Position numbers and translations under genes: made by a program. Shown piece by piece: positions 25,801-37,253 of a stretch of DNA of 64,000 bases. The notes below the pieces were generated by a model. That model searched no databases. It was not told the origin of the DNA and saw nothing but the letters and a program-made list of their open reading frames with translations. Position 1 is the stretch's first letter, and every line of letters starts with the position of its first letter. This DNA comes from Chrysomallon squamiferum (Eukaryota > Animalia > Mollusca), in assembly GCA_012295275.1 (NCBI GenBank), contig CM022665.1, positions 48,608,001-48,672,000 on the forward strand, in the 5' to 3' direction.

Positions 25801-26900
25801 ATCTCTGTAAGAAATAGGGTTTTCTTTTTTTCTTTTTTTTAAATATCAGAGTTAAATAATAAATAAAGTGAAACAGAACAAAGCTGACTTGAGACAAGGA
25901 GAAGTAAATGTAAGTAATCAACATTCACTGTAACAATCGCTTACAAAAGATGGTGCCAACGATGTGAGCGATGGTGCAGAAACGTTTCCCATTGTTGGAA
26001 TGCTCACTTTTCCTTCAACACTGGAAAAAAAAAAATTGAAAATAAAAAAAAGATAAATAAATTCATAAATACAGTTTCAAAAATTTGCACACTGATTAAA
26101 ACTAATGTTCAATTGGAAAATATAAAATAAAAATGAGACTAAAATCAAAAAAGTACTCTGTATGTGTTAACACATGTGTTGTGATTTTTATTTATGTGGT
26201 ATTTACGATCAATAGAAAAAATAAATACACTGCAATGGTTATAAAAACATCAAACATTTCTTGTACTGAAATTAAAAACAGTTCAGGAATGTTTTAATCA
26301 TGTGAGATAGATGATAAAAAGTACTTTGCTGTGGCTGGTGCTGCTGTAGTTGCTGCTTCAACTCTCTCTCTGCCAGACGCCTGACATGGAATGTCCTTCA
26401 CCTTCAGCTGGCTCGTGTCTGGTTTCACGCCACAGTTCACAGATTTGTTTGAAAGCGTCGTGCTGCTTTTACCCTCACGCCGTCTGGCTGACAGTGGGGT
26501 GGGCGTGCACAAGCTGGTTTCCTTGGCAACCGAGACATTGGGCTGGTGCATTGAGAGATAGCCCGAGGAGTGCATGTGTGTTTCAAATGCGTCTGTGAAC
26601 GAAGATAAATCAAAATGGATTCAAAAAATTATTAATAATTAAACAAGTGTCATTATTTTCAGATGTCACAGATTACAGACAGTCTACACAGACACGGGAC
26701 AAGGCAGCACTCACCATGATCCCTGTTACTCGTGTCCAGAGGGTGGAAGTTTTCCATGCCGCTCTCTTCACTCTCAATGGCAGACGGCAGCAGGTTTCGC
26801 TTGACTTGTTCAGGCAGACCTAACATGAGTTTTTTACTTGTACTGAAAAAACAAACAATAACAGCACTCACAAATATATGTTTTAAATAATATTTTCTAC

Positions 26901-26953
<53 letters not shown>

Positions 26954-29900
26954 AAAGATAAATAGTAGAAAAAAAGCATATTTTATATATGTATGTATAC
27001 ACACATAAAATATTATATATATATATATAGATATATATGGGCACACACATACATAAACAACATTTTTTCATCAACATTACTATTTAGGTACTTAGCAGAA
27101 CAAATTCTTATTACACACCCTCTCATACACAGATTAAAAAGGACACAACACACTGTTTGACGTTACACTCTCACAAACAACAAAATAAAAACACTGGACT
27201 GCGTCAAGCCAGACAAACGTCACAGAAGTGTGAATACCGGTTCCACTTGGAGGTGCTGGACGATGCTGTCACAGTGGACACCTTCGCGCAGTCTGGCGTG
27301 CTGTGGTAGTGATGTAACTTGTTCTCTCTGTGAGTTGAAAACATGCTCTGCAGCATCGTGCAACTTGCATCATCCTTCCTCTCGTCAGCGTTGTCTTCAT
27401 ATCTGAAATAATACTCAACTATCTCAGATATCTCAAATATTATCTAAACTGTATGTCAATTATTACTTTTATCTAAACCATATCTCAAATATTATACTTT
27501 ATATAAACTGTATCTCCAATATTATTTTGATCTAAACCGTATTTCAAATATTACTTTTATCTGAACCATATCTCAATTATACTTTTATCTAAACAGTATC
27601 TCAAATTTTTATTTTATCTAAACCATATCTCAAATATTAGTACTTTTATCTAAATTGTTTCAAATGTTATATTATTTTAAACCATGTCTCAAATATTACT
27701 TTTATCTAATCAACATTTCAAATATTATTTTTGTTTTTTTTATCTAAACCAGGTCTAAAAGTTTTATCTAAACCACATCTCAGACATTATTATTTTTTAT
27801 GCAATCCATATCCCAAGTAACATTATTTTTTATCTTAATCACACTTCAAAATATTTTCATCTTAACCTCATTTCAAATAATTTTGTTTTCATGTGAACAA
27901 AACAGCATTTACCTGAACTACATCACAAAACCATGTTTAATACCTATTTCATTCTCTGACCACTTTTAACTCTTTGTTTAGGCAACAAGCACTGAAACTA
28001 AGCAATCTGAAAACAGTGGATGAGGTGACATTTCTACTCGGTTCACATGAAAACTGGAATTACCTGCCAGGGCGTGGCTGAGTTCCGCGGCAGGGAAACT
28101 GATCTTCATCTGCAGAGTCACTGTGACTGCCTTTTAACTGATACTCTGAAACCAGAGAAATAAACCAGTTTACTAACATACTAACCAGTGAGAAAAGAAA
28201 TAAACCAGTTTACTAACATACTAACCAGAGAGAAATGAACCAGGGTTTACTAACATACTAACCACACAGAAATAAACCAGATTCACTAACATACTAACCA
28301 GATTTCACAAACATACTAACCAGTGAGAAATAAACCAGATTTCACTAACATACTAACCAGAGAGAAAAGAAATAAACCAGTGAGAAATAAACCAGTTTAC
28401 TAACATACTAACCAGAGAGAAATAAACCAGATTTCACTAACATACTAACCAGAAAGAAATAAACCAGATTTCACTAACATACTAACCAGAAAGAAATAAA
28501 CCAGATTTCACTAACATACTAACCAGAAATAAATAAACCAGATTTCACTAACATACTAACCAGAGAGAAAAGAAATAAACCAGAGAGAAATAAACCAGAT
28601 TCACTAACATACTAACCAGAGAAATGAACCAGATTCACTAACATACTAACCAGAGAGAAATGAACCAGATTCTACTAACATACTAACCAGAGAGAAATAA
28701 ACCAGATTTCACTAACATACTAACCAGAGAAATAAACCAGTTTACTAACATACTAACCAGAGAAATAAATCAGATTTCACTAACATACTAACCTGAGAGA
28801 AATGAACCAGATTTCACTAACATGCTAACCAGAGTCACATGTCACTTTGTTGGGAGAATATTCTTCTTCTTCTTTTGTTTTTTTACAAACAAAGTTTATA
28901 TATATGGAAAATTATTAAAAACTGAAGACTAAATAAATTAGTGACTTGAATTGTAATGTGTTTGTATCTGTCGTTAAGTTTTTTATTATAATTAACACAG
29001 ATCTAACACAGACAATAAGTTAATAATCTACAATGAGTGATGTAACAGACATAAATTAATAATCTACCCTTAATGAGTTAACACAGACAATAAGTTAATA
29101 ATCTACACTGAGTGATTTAACAGACATAAGTTAATAATCTACCCTCACTGAATTAACACAGACAATAAGTTAATAATCTACACTCAGTGAGCCAACACAA
29201 ACATAAATCAGTAATCCACACTTTGTGACTTACCTGTTGTTTTTGTGTCCAGGGACTGAGAATCGTCTGAAGCAATCCCCCCCTCCCCCTCCTCCTCCGT
29301 TTCGGACGATGGTATCGTGTTTCTTTTCACTCGCATCGGCTGACCGAACAGTCTGTGCGCCTTGTCTGTGGACCTACAACCAACACACAGACGCAAAGAC
29401 AGTTCAAAACAAGAAACCACCACCACCAACATCAACAGTAACAGAATAATAATGATAATAATTCAAAAAGTTTTAAAGCAAGCTGTTTAAATGAAGTATG
29501 TTGGAAAGAAAATTATTAATTATAAAAATTAAAATTAAAACAATTTAAAATAATACAAAAATATAGTAGTAGTAGTAATAATAATAATAATGATAGTAAT
29601 AATAATAATAATAGTAATAATAATAATAAAAATAGTAATAATAATGATAATAATAATAACAACAATAATAGTAATAATAATAATAGTAATAATAATGATA
29701 ACAATAGTAATAATAACAACATTAAAACAACAATAATAATAAAATTAATAAAATCTTAAAACTAAGACTAGGATTACATTTTCCACTTGGAGTTGCTGGA
29801 CATTGCTGACCGGATGGACATTTTGCTGCAGTCTGGGGTACTGTAGTAGTGATGCAGCTTGTTCTCTCCCGACCCTCGCCCCAGCCCAAGACCTGACAGA

Positions 29901-32555
29901 AAACTCATTGGCAGGGTGTCGCTAATGTCCTCCTTGTTCTCCCTGTCACCAGAAAACATACAAAACAACGTCACACATTTTCTCAAAATTCCAGACTCTT
30001 TATGAAGAAATGGTAACAAAACAGCAGTAGCTGACATAATAATACATCTCTTTGTTTCAGGTGGCAGCCATTTTGTTTTTATTTCTTGTCTCTGTCAATG
30101 ACAGAAGTTGATATATAATAAAACAGATTTTGTCGTAACATTTCAACATTTCATATTTGTAATGAAAACATGTTGAGGGGTGGATCTATATTATGAATCT
30201 AATGATGATGCTTAAGCTACAGAGTCCCAAGAGTGACTTTGGTACACACTGCTTGAAAAATATTTAATCCAAATCAGAGATGTTGTGATTATGTTTCTAA
30301 AGTGATGTGTCATAGAATAAGCCAACTGAAGGAGAAAACAGTGGTTAATCAGATCTCACTGCTGCTTTCTTGAGGGTCTTGAACAGTTCAGTCTTCAGGC
30401 AGCAAAGTGTGGCTCTGCCAGTGGACATGTTTCAGTAAAAGGAAAAATCAGGCACCATTGGACATAATAAAAGGGAAAATACATGAACAGTAGTTCTTTG
30501 TTTTAGAAAAAACTGGGTTCAAGTTTTGTATCTAGAATTAGTTAAAAAGGTGTTAAAGGAAAATCTTACTTGAAGCGAGGTTTTAAAATACCAAACTGAA
30601 CTTCATCAGAGGAATCTTCACTGCAACTACTCTCACTTTTCTTTGACACTGCAAACATCGTCAACCGTCTTTGTCAGTAAGTAATACTATTTGTGACTTT
30701 GAGAATGTCTTATTTCATACAAATTAACTTTTAAAAACTAAAAAGTTTGTTATTAACACTAAATGTAACTTTATAACGCTTAAACTGTCTTATTTCATTA
30801 AAAAACATCTTTAAAAACATCAACATTCTATCAGTAATACCAAATATATCTTTGTAATGCTTAAAGTATCTTTATTTGTGATAAATACATTCTTAGTTAA
30901 AATATGGATATTTTAGCATTACTTCATTATACTTAGAATATCTTATTTCACAATAAACAAACTTTAAAATCTTTTTGAAATCATTTTTAACTGACATTTA
31001 ACCTTTGCTTCTAAAAAAATAAAAAATAAAAAATAAATTCGCAAAATGGTCAATATTCTGTCACAGCCCTGTTTTGTAACAGACTGGTCATTAGAGAAAA
31101 AGGCCCAGGATTAGTGAAACAGACAAGAGAAAAGATCTGAAACTCACATTTGATGCTCAGACACTTTTCTTTCTGCTCCTGGGTGAGAAGAGGCAGCTTG
31201 CGTTCAGCCATGTTTTTCAGAGCAACAAGCAACATGTCGGAAGGTTGTGATTTGATCTGCTTGGATTTCTCCAGAATCCGTTCTGCCTTCCTCACCTCCC
31301 CTGTAACACATTTCTGTCTTCATCAGCAAGAAGGTTTTTTTTTTCAAAAAATAATTCTATCATAAATGAATTACATACAAAAATAATTTAATTTATATTT
31401 ATCTAGGCTGTTGATACAATTATTAAAGCATAATGTTTAGGTTTTTAAAAATTTGGTACTAAATTATATACAAATACACATCTCCTCCACCCAAAAAGAA
31501 TCAACAAAATTACTTTGATATTTTTTTCTTTTTGTGTTTAGCCTATTGAGACAGTTATTAAAACATAATGTTCAGCTTTTTAAAATAATTCTCTACTAAA
31601 TTAATTACCACAAAACATTACTGTGATATTTTTTTTTTCTTTGTGTAGTATATTGATACAACTATTTGAACATAATGTTTAGCTTTTTAAAATAAATCTC
31701 CACTAAATTAATTTTTATTTTCACAAATTTGAACATAATGTTTAGCTTTTTAAAATAAATCTCCACTAAATTAATTACACAAAAGATAAAATACAAAATA
31801 AATATAAATAATAAAAAAATACTTTGACATTTTTTTTCTTTTCTTGATCAGTTTTTGTGTGGTATATTGATACAATCATTACATGATGATGTTTATCTTT
31901 TTAAAATAATTCAGTACTAAATTAATTACACAAAAAAATTATTTTCTTTGAACCGATGACATACTTTTGAACCTATGAAAATGAGCAACCAAGACTCAAG
32001 TGTGTAATATTAAATATACTGAAATACAAACTCATAATTACTTCATTTTTCTTTTTAAACATTTGCATGTCCGTGTACACCTCTTTTTAATCCATTTTGT
32101 AATCTTATCATTTTACTACTTTTTATAAAATTACATTACATAAAGCAAGAAGTACCTAACATTAGTCATTCTGTTTAGTTTTAGTTTTTTCAACAATTAC
32201 TTTGTTGTAGTACAAATATGGTTATCTCTATGTAAACAATAACATTTTTATTTATTTATTTATTTTAACAATTACCTTGTTTTTGTTCAAACTTGGCTCC
32301 ATAATTTTAGTTTTTTCAACAATTTCTTTGTTGTAGTTCAAATACGGCTATCTCTGTAAACAATAACATATATTTTTTTAACAGTTACCTTGTTTCAGTT
32401 CAAACTCAGCGCCCTCTATGTGAACTATGACAAAATTGCGGAAAGTGGACCTGGCATACTTCAGCATGTACTCAACTTCTTCTGGACAGTTTTTCCTAAC
32501 AAACAAAAATAAAAAAAAAAATTGAAACATTAGTTGATATATCTGATATGCACAA

Positions 32556-32593
<38 letters not shown>

Positions 32594-35145
32594 ACACAAA
32601 CACACATACAAACACACACACACAAACACACACACACACACACACACAAACACAAACATCATATCAGTCTAGTAGAACTAATACATGCAATTAATATGTT
32701 TAACAAAAATACACATCATCATTACTTCATGTTTAATGATGTTTACAAACAAAAATGGACACAATAATTTTTTGTATCTAAGAAAAATAGATACTATTAG
32801 TACTAGATGTTTATAATATTGTTTTTAAAACACACATATATACACATACACACTACAGATAGATAGATAGATAGATATATACTATCATTACTCAGTTTTA
32901 ATTGTGCTTACAATAAATCACTTGACATCTGATAAACAAAAGAACATGGACAATGAACTGATGAATACTTTTCACTCTAAGGTAAGACGTTGTTACTTAC
33001 CGTTTCATTTCTGTGTATTCCAAAAACAAGCGAACCATGTTTATATTCTCCATATGCTTACGATCATCAATAACCTGTGAAAAGAAACACAGTTTCTTTG
33101 GAAACAGCCTCAATCCAAATGAATATATATCAGTTTGGGGAAAATGCCTGGATACAAATATGTGTACCAGTTTGGGTGGAAGTGCTTGGGACAAAAAGGT
33201 ACCCCCCCCTCTGACAAGACTTTTTTCTGTATGACTATTTCAGTTATCAACTTGTCATTAAACATAACTATATATTCTTTTAACAACACCAAGTATATAA
33301 AAAAAGAGCATATTATTTTAAAGTAATCTCAAGTGACAAAGTTTGCAAGAAAAAAAAACTGATTAAAAACTAACAATAATTCATATATATATATATATAT
33401 ATTCTATAGTATTATAATTTATATAGTATTCTTGAGTGACAAAGTTTGTAGAAAAATTAATTGAAAACAATAATTTTTTAAAACTTAAATATTTAAAAAA
33501 AAACCCCAAAACCCAGGTTTAACGATATAGTATTCTTGAACGACAAAGTCTGAATAAAAATTAACAAAATTTTTATAATAAAAAATTTTTAGAATTTTTT
33601 TTTTAAAATATAGTATTCTTGGTTTGTAGAAAAATCAACTGAACATTAACAAAAGATTTTTTTCTAAATAAAAAAACAGAAAACAAAACAAATTTAATAA
33701 TATAGTTTTCTTGAGTGAAAAATTACTTGAAAACTGAAATGTATTTTTTTCTAAATTTGAAAATATTATATATATAAAAAAAATTACTTGAGTGTTCTTA
33801 AATGACAAAATCTACAGTGAAATGAATTAACAATTAACAGTAAATTTTGAAAAATTAATAAGTAAAAAAAAAAAAAAAATAAAACTTTTCTTTTTTTCTT
33901 TTAACTACCTCAATTGCTTCTGTGTAGGCTGAGAAGACTGTTCCTGGTTTGGTGTTTGGTTTGCTCTTCAGGTGAGAAATGTATTCCAGCCAGTCTTCAG
34001 GTCGGTTTCCACCTGAGTGAATCCTCATCTTCCAAGTGACGTCATCTGAACAGAGAAATGATCTCATAACACAACATGGCGGAGAAAATAATTTAAATTA
34101 TGTCTTACTCGATGGAAGAGTGTATATTTCTGTATCTGAAAACTTTTGACTCATGGCTGTAAGACAATTAAATCACACACTGATTAGTGTGGGTATTATG
34201 CTAGTTTGAAAACAAAAATAATTTTAACTGTTGCATTAATACACATTTCTTGTTGTGTTTGAGGTGGGGTTTTTTCATACATGCATTAATTTCACGTTTA
34301 ACAGCAATCACGTATTAACCAAACATAAAATGATGTGCATGTCTGTACTTGTACACAACACTTATGATGCACTTCCACTGCATCAGCCACACATAAATAC
34401 AGTAGAACGGATCTCCAGTTATAAACAGAAATAATCCTAAATACACCCAGTACTGAGTAACTATATCTGTTGTGTTTGTGAGGTGTTTTTTTTTAATACA
34501 TGCATTAATTTCACGTTTAACAGCAATCACGTATTAACCAAACATAAAATGATGTGCACGTCTGTAATTGTACACAACACTTATGATGCACTTCACTGCA
34601 TAAATAAATATGAAAATCTCCAGTTATAAACAGAAATAATCCTAAATACACCCAGTACTGAGAACATATCTTTTGTGTTTGTGATAATACATGCATTAAT
34701 TTCACGTTTAACAGAATCATTATTAAAATGATATTATTATGATGCATTTCCAGTTATAAACAGAAATAATCCTAAATACACCCAGTACTGAGTAACTATA
34801 TCTCTTCTCCATATTACAAGGATTCACTGCATAAATAAAGATGAAAATAAGTACGACTGAATCGAGAGAACATATTTTTTTGGTGATAAAGCATATAGAA
34901 ATTATTATTATTATTATTTTAAAGTTTCTTACACACACACACATACATATAAATACACACACACACACACACACACACAACATATAATATGCAGACATTC
35001 ACAGACACTGCATTCTGCTTCATGGTTTAACATAAACCAGCTACAGATTAATTTTACTGATATTTCACTGCACACCTGCTTCTCCTGAGCTGACGTCACC
35101 AAACACCAAAGCAAATTTCTTCTTCAACTCGATCAACGAAGACAT
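19346..35145 (-). CDS. TTK: Dual-specificity spindle-checkpoint kinase Mps1/TTK, 22 coding exons
   Basis: Exons in transcript order: 35145-35076, 34135-34109, 34045-33909, 33074-33001, 32495-32389, 31300-31148, 30648-30570, 29942-29778, 29373-29234, 28145-28064, 27402-27238, 26842-26715, 26592-26325, 26020-25945, 25475-25398, 24582-24428, 23898-23739 (10 nt short), 23183-22987, 22342-22166, 21252-21141, 20722-20646, 19447-19346; phases are otherwise consistent. N-terminal TPR-like PEDWLEYI...[20 protein letters not shown]. Kinase motifs [88 protein letters not shown]. Confidence 0.93.
19488..19790. repeat. ~41-bp minisatellite in the last TTK intron
   Basis: gtccacaagattaaacagcaatacaggtatgtgagtga repeated. 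Confidence 0.9.
19840..20635. repeat. 63-bp minisatellite in the last TTK intron
   Basis: tactattctagtttaaaccctagttcagtctagtcaatgtaagaattattattttatatagta; near-perfect near 20390-20635, degenerate leftward. Confidence 0.9.
21374..21617. mobile_element. piggyBac-like MITE (244 bp)
   Basis: TTAA at 21370-21373 and 21618-21621. Termini CCCTTTATCTGC and, as reverse complement, CCCTTTTACTGC. TTAA target duplication with CCC...GGG ends is the piggyBac hallmark. Confidence 0.65.
21655..22140. repeat. ~51-bp minisatellite in a TTK intron
   Basis: aaataaaatgaa(c/g)agtaatttgtaatcaatttaacattaggactataa repeated, alternating variants. Confidence 0.9.
23880..24350 (-). repeat. 40-44-bp array spanning a TTK kinase-exon acceptor
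   Basis: Minus strand: tatttatttcag|TGAATTCAAAGAGAGTGAAAATAAGCTCT repeated about 10 times. Confidence 0.9.
24565..25050 (-). repeat. ~70-90-bp array spanning a TTK acceptor (VFHVFD exon)
   Basis: Minus strand ag|GTGTTCCATGTGTTTGA at 24582 and 24667, with further degenerate copies to about 25050. Confidence 0.85.
27400..27850. repeat. Degenerate ~30-bp minisatellite abutting a TTK acceptor
   Basis: atctaaaccatatctcaaatattacttt units. Confidence 0.8.
28148..28832. repeat. ~37-bp minisatellite abutting a TTK acceptor
   Basis: aaccagagagaaataaaccagatttcactaacatact units, starting in the pyrimidine tract of exon 28145-28064. Confidence 0.9.
28990..29220. repeat. ~38-bp minisatellite
   Basis: acacagacaataagttaataatctacactgagtga units. 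Confidence 0.8.
32178..32405 (-). repeat. ~110-bp duplication spanning a TTK donor
   Basis: The exon end gtttgaactgaaacaag|gtaact (32389) is copied as gtttgaacaaaaacaag|gtaatt near 32275. Confidence 0.7.
34240..34800. repeat. Degenerate ~220-bp tandem triplication in a TTK intron
   Basis: Recurring atacatgcattaatttcacgtttaacag...ccagttataaacagaaataatcctaaatacacccagtactgag. Confidence 0.85.
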
Positions 35146-35502
35146 GATGGAGTCTATACAACATGTAAATAAAATAAAAACATTTTTGTTTTTAAAAAGG
35201 TATGATATGACATATATATCACTTATCAGTCAAGTTCTAAAGATTTATGAATACCTGTGCATTTTTACCTGTTTTTTTTTTTTTTATCCTCAGTGTAATC
35301 ATTTCACTTATTTAAGTTATTAGCTCAAATAAATTTATATTAAAATAAAATATGTTAAACGTGTTCTAGTTATTAATTACTGTTTTGATACAACTTTGAA
35401 TTGTTAAACAGGGCTACTTCTAAACTTTACAGGGTTGCAGACTGTGATATATTCTTTTAAATATTACTACTACTACTACTAATAAAAATGTTCTTGTTGC
35501 TG

Positions 35503-35547
<45 letters not shown>

Positions 35548-35779
35548 GGAACAACTCTTAAGCATTTAATGATTAAATTTGTAACTTAATTGGTTACGTT
35601 CGTACGTTGAGAGAATGAACAGTTATCATCATAATCACGTTATGTCAATTCACGATGGCAAGTAATAATCAAGATAAATTAACAAAATACAAAATACCAA
35701 GTAACTGCACCATTATCTATTTCGGAAGTACAAAAATAATCACAACAGTTTCCAAAAAGTGCACAGGAAAATAATTTAA

Positions 35780-36375
35780 GTACCTTTTTCTAGCTTTTGA
35801 CATTTCACGTTCCCGCCTTAATCTGATTTTCCTCCAAAATTTATCGGAGCATCAGAGAAAATAAACAACAAAAAAACAACAACAACAACAACAACAAAAA
35901 CCCCACATCATCTTTATCATCTTTTATTCTGTTTTCACCTAAAGTTTCATAACCTGTTAGAAAATTAAAATAATACTTTTTAACAACATATTTAGCTGTG
36001 TAATAACTGACAATTTTTTACTGATAGAAATTACCTGTGTATTTATATTTTCTGATAATGTTGTTTTTCAAAAGAAATTTGTGTTTTTTGTAATAATTGC
36101 TACATAATTTAAATTTTATTGCCATACAAATACACAAAACAGAATCTGTTTATCTATCCCATTGTCAATAAAAAAATATATTTATTGTTTCATTTGGTTA
36201 ATATCAGGACATAACCTTTGACTTTTACAGGGAATATTTACGGTACAGTTGCTAAGCTAAAACTTCCGGTTTAAACACCTGTTGACAAATGAATTATGGG
36301 ATCGTACATTCCGGTGTAGCTGTCATGTTGTTATTTTCACGTACTTAAAAGCTCGAAAACTATTATTTTGTGAGT
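35780..36375. promoter_or_regulatory. Divergent promoter region shared by TTK (-) and IFT88 (+)
   Basis: Candidate non-coding first-exon donors at ~35783 (minus, AG|GTACTT) and 36370 (plus, |GTGAGT). E2F-type TTCCCGCC at 35810-35817. RFX X-box-like GTTGCTAAGCTAAAAC at 36248-36263. ETS-type ACTTCCGGT at ~36262 and TTCCGGT at ~36309. Confidence 0.55.
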
Positions 36376-36774
36376 CGCAAATTGCTTATTATTGCGGCTA
36401 CATTAAAATATCAGAAAGCCAGTAAGTTATATGATATATATTTATTTGTTAATATCTGTGATATGAATTGCATAATATTGTGATTGTCAACATTTTAAAA
36501 TGGGTTCATTTCTTATTTTCTGTAAGTGTATTGTTTATCAACTGTCAGTGTCATGTATGAAATTATCGTTATTATTTTTTTAAATTTTATTTATTTATTT
36601 ATTTATTTAAATTAAATTATTTCTTAAATTGTCATTATCATTAATGTTAAACTAACAGTTGTAAACCCATTCTAGATAACCAGATACATTTATCTTAGAA
36701 TCTGAAGAGGCATATCTAAACACAGTAATTTATATAATTAAATAGTAGTTACAAGTCAAAGTTCTTTTGTATAG

Positions 36775-36900
<126 letters not shown>

Positions 36901-36911
36901 AGGATTTAGTA

Positions 36912-37209
36912 ATGAATCGACTCAGTATGATGGAGCAGGTACATTTAGCAGGGGAAGAAGAAGATGACCTTTACAGTGGTTTTAATGATTACAATGCTAC
37001 TCTGGATGTGGAGGTGTGTATTTTGTTGTTACAGTTTAAATGTAAATTTTGTTGTGTTATCTACTTAATGTGTGCTTATGCAATAAAACTTTTAACTGAA
37101 TCACTTTTTGTATCTCCACCTATCTCATATGCTTCTCTCATATCATTGTCCCATTATGTCTGTGTTACATGTCTTTCTATATCTCATATGTATCCCTGTT
37201 TCATATGTT

Positions 37210-37253
<44 letters not shown>

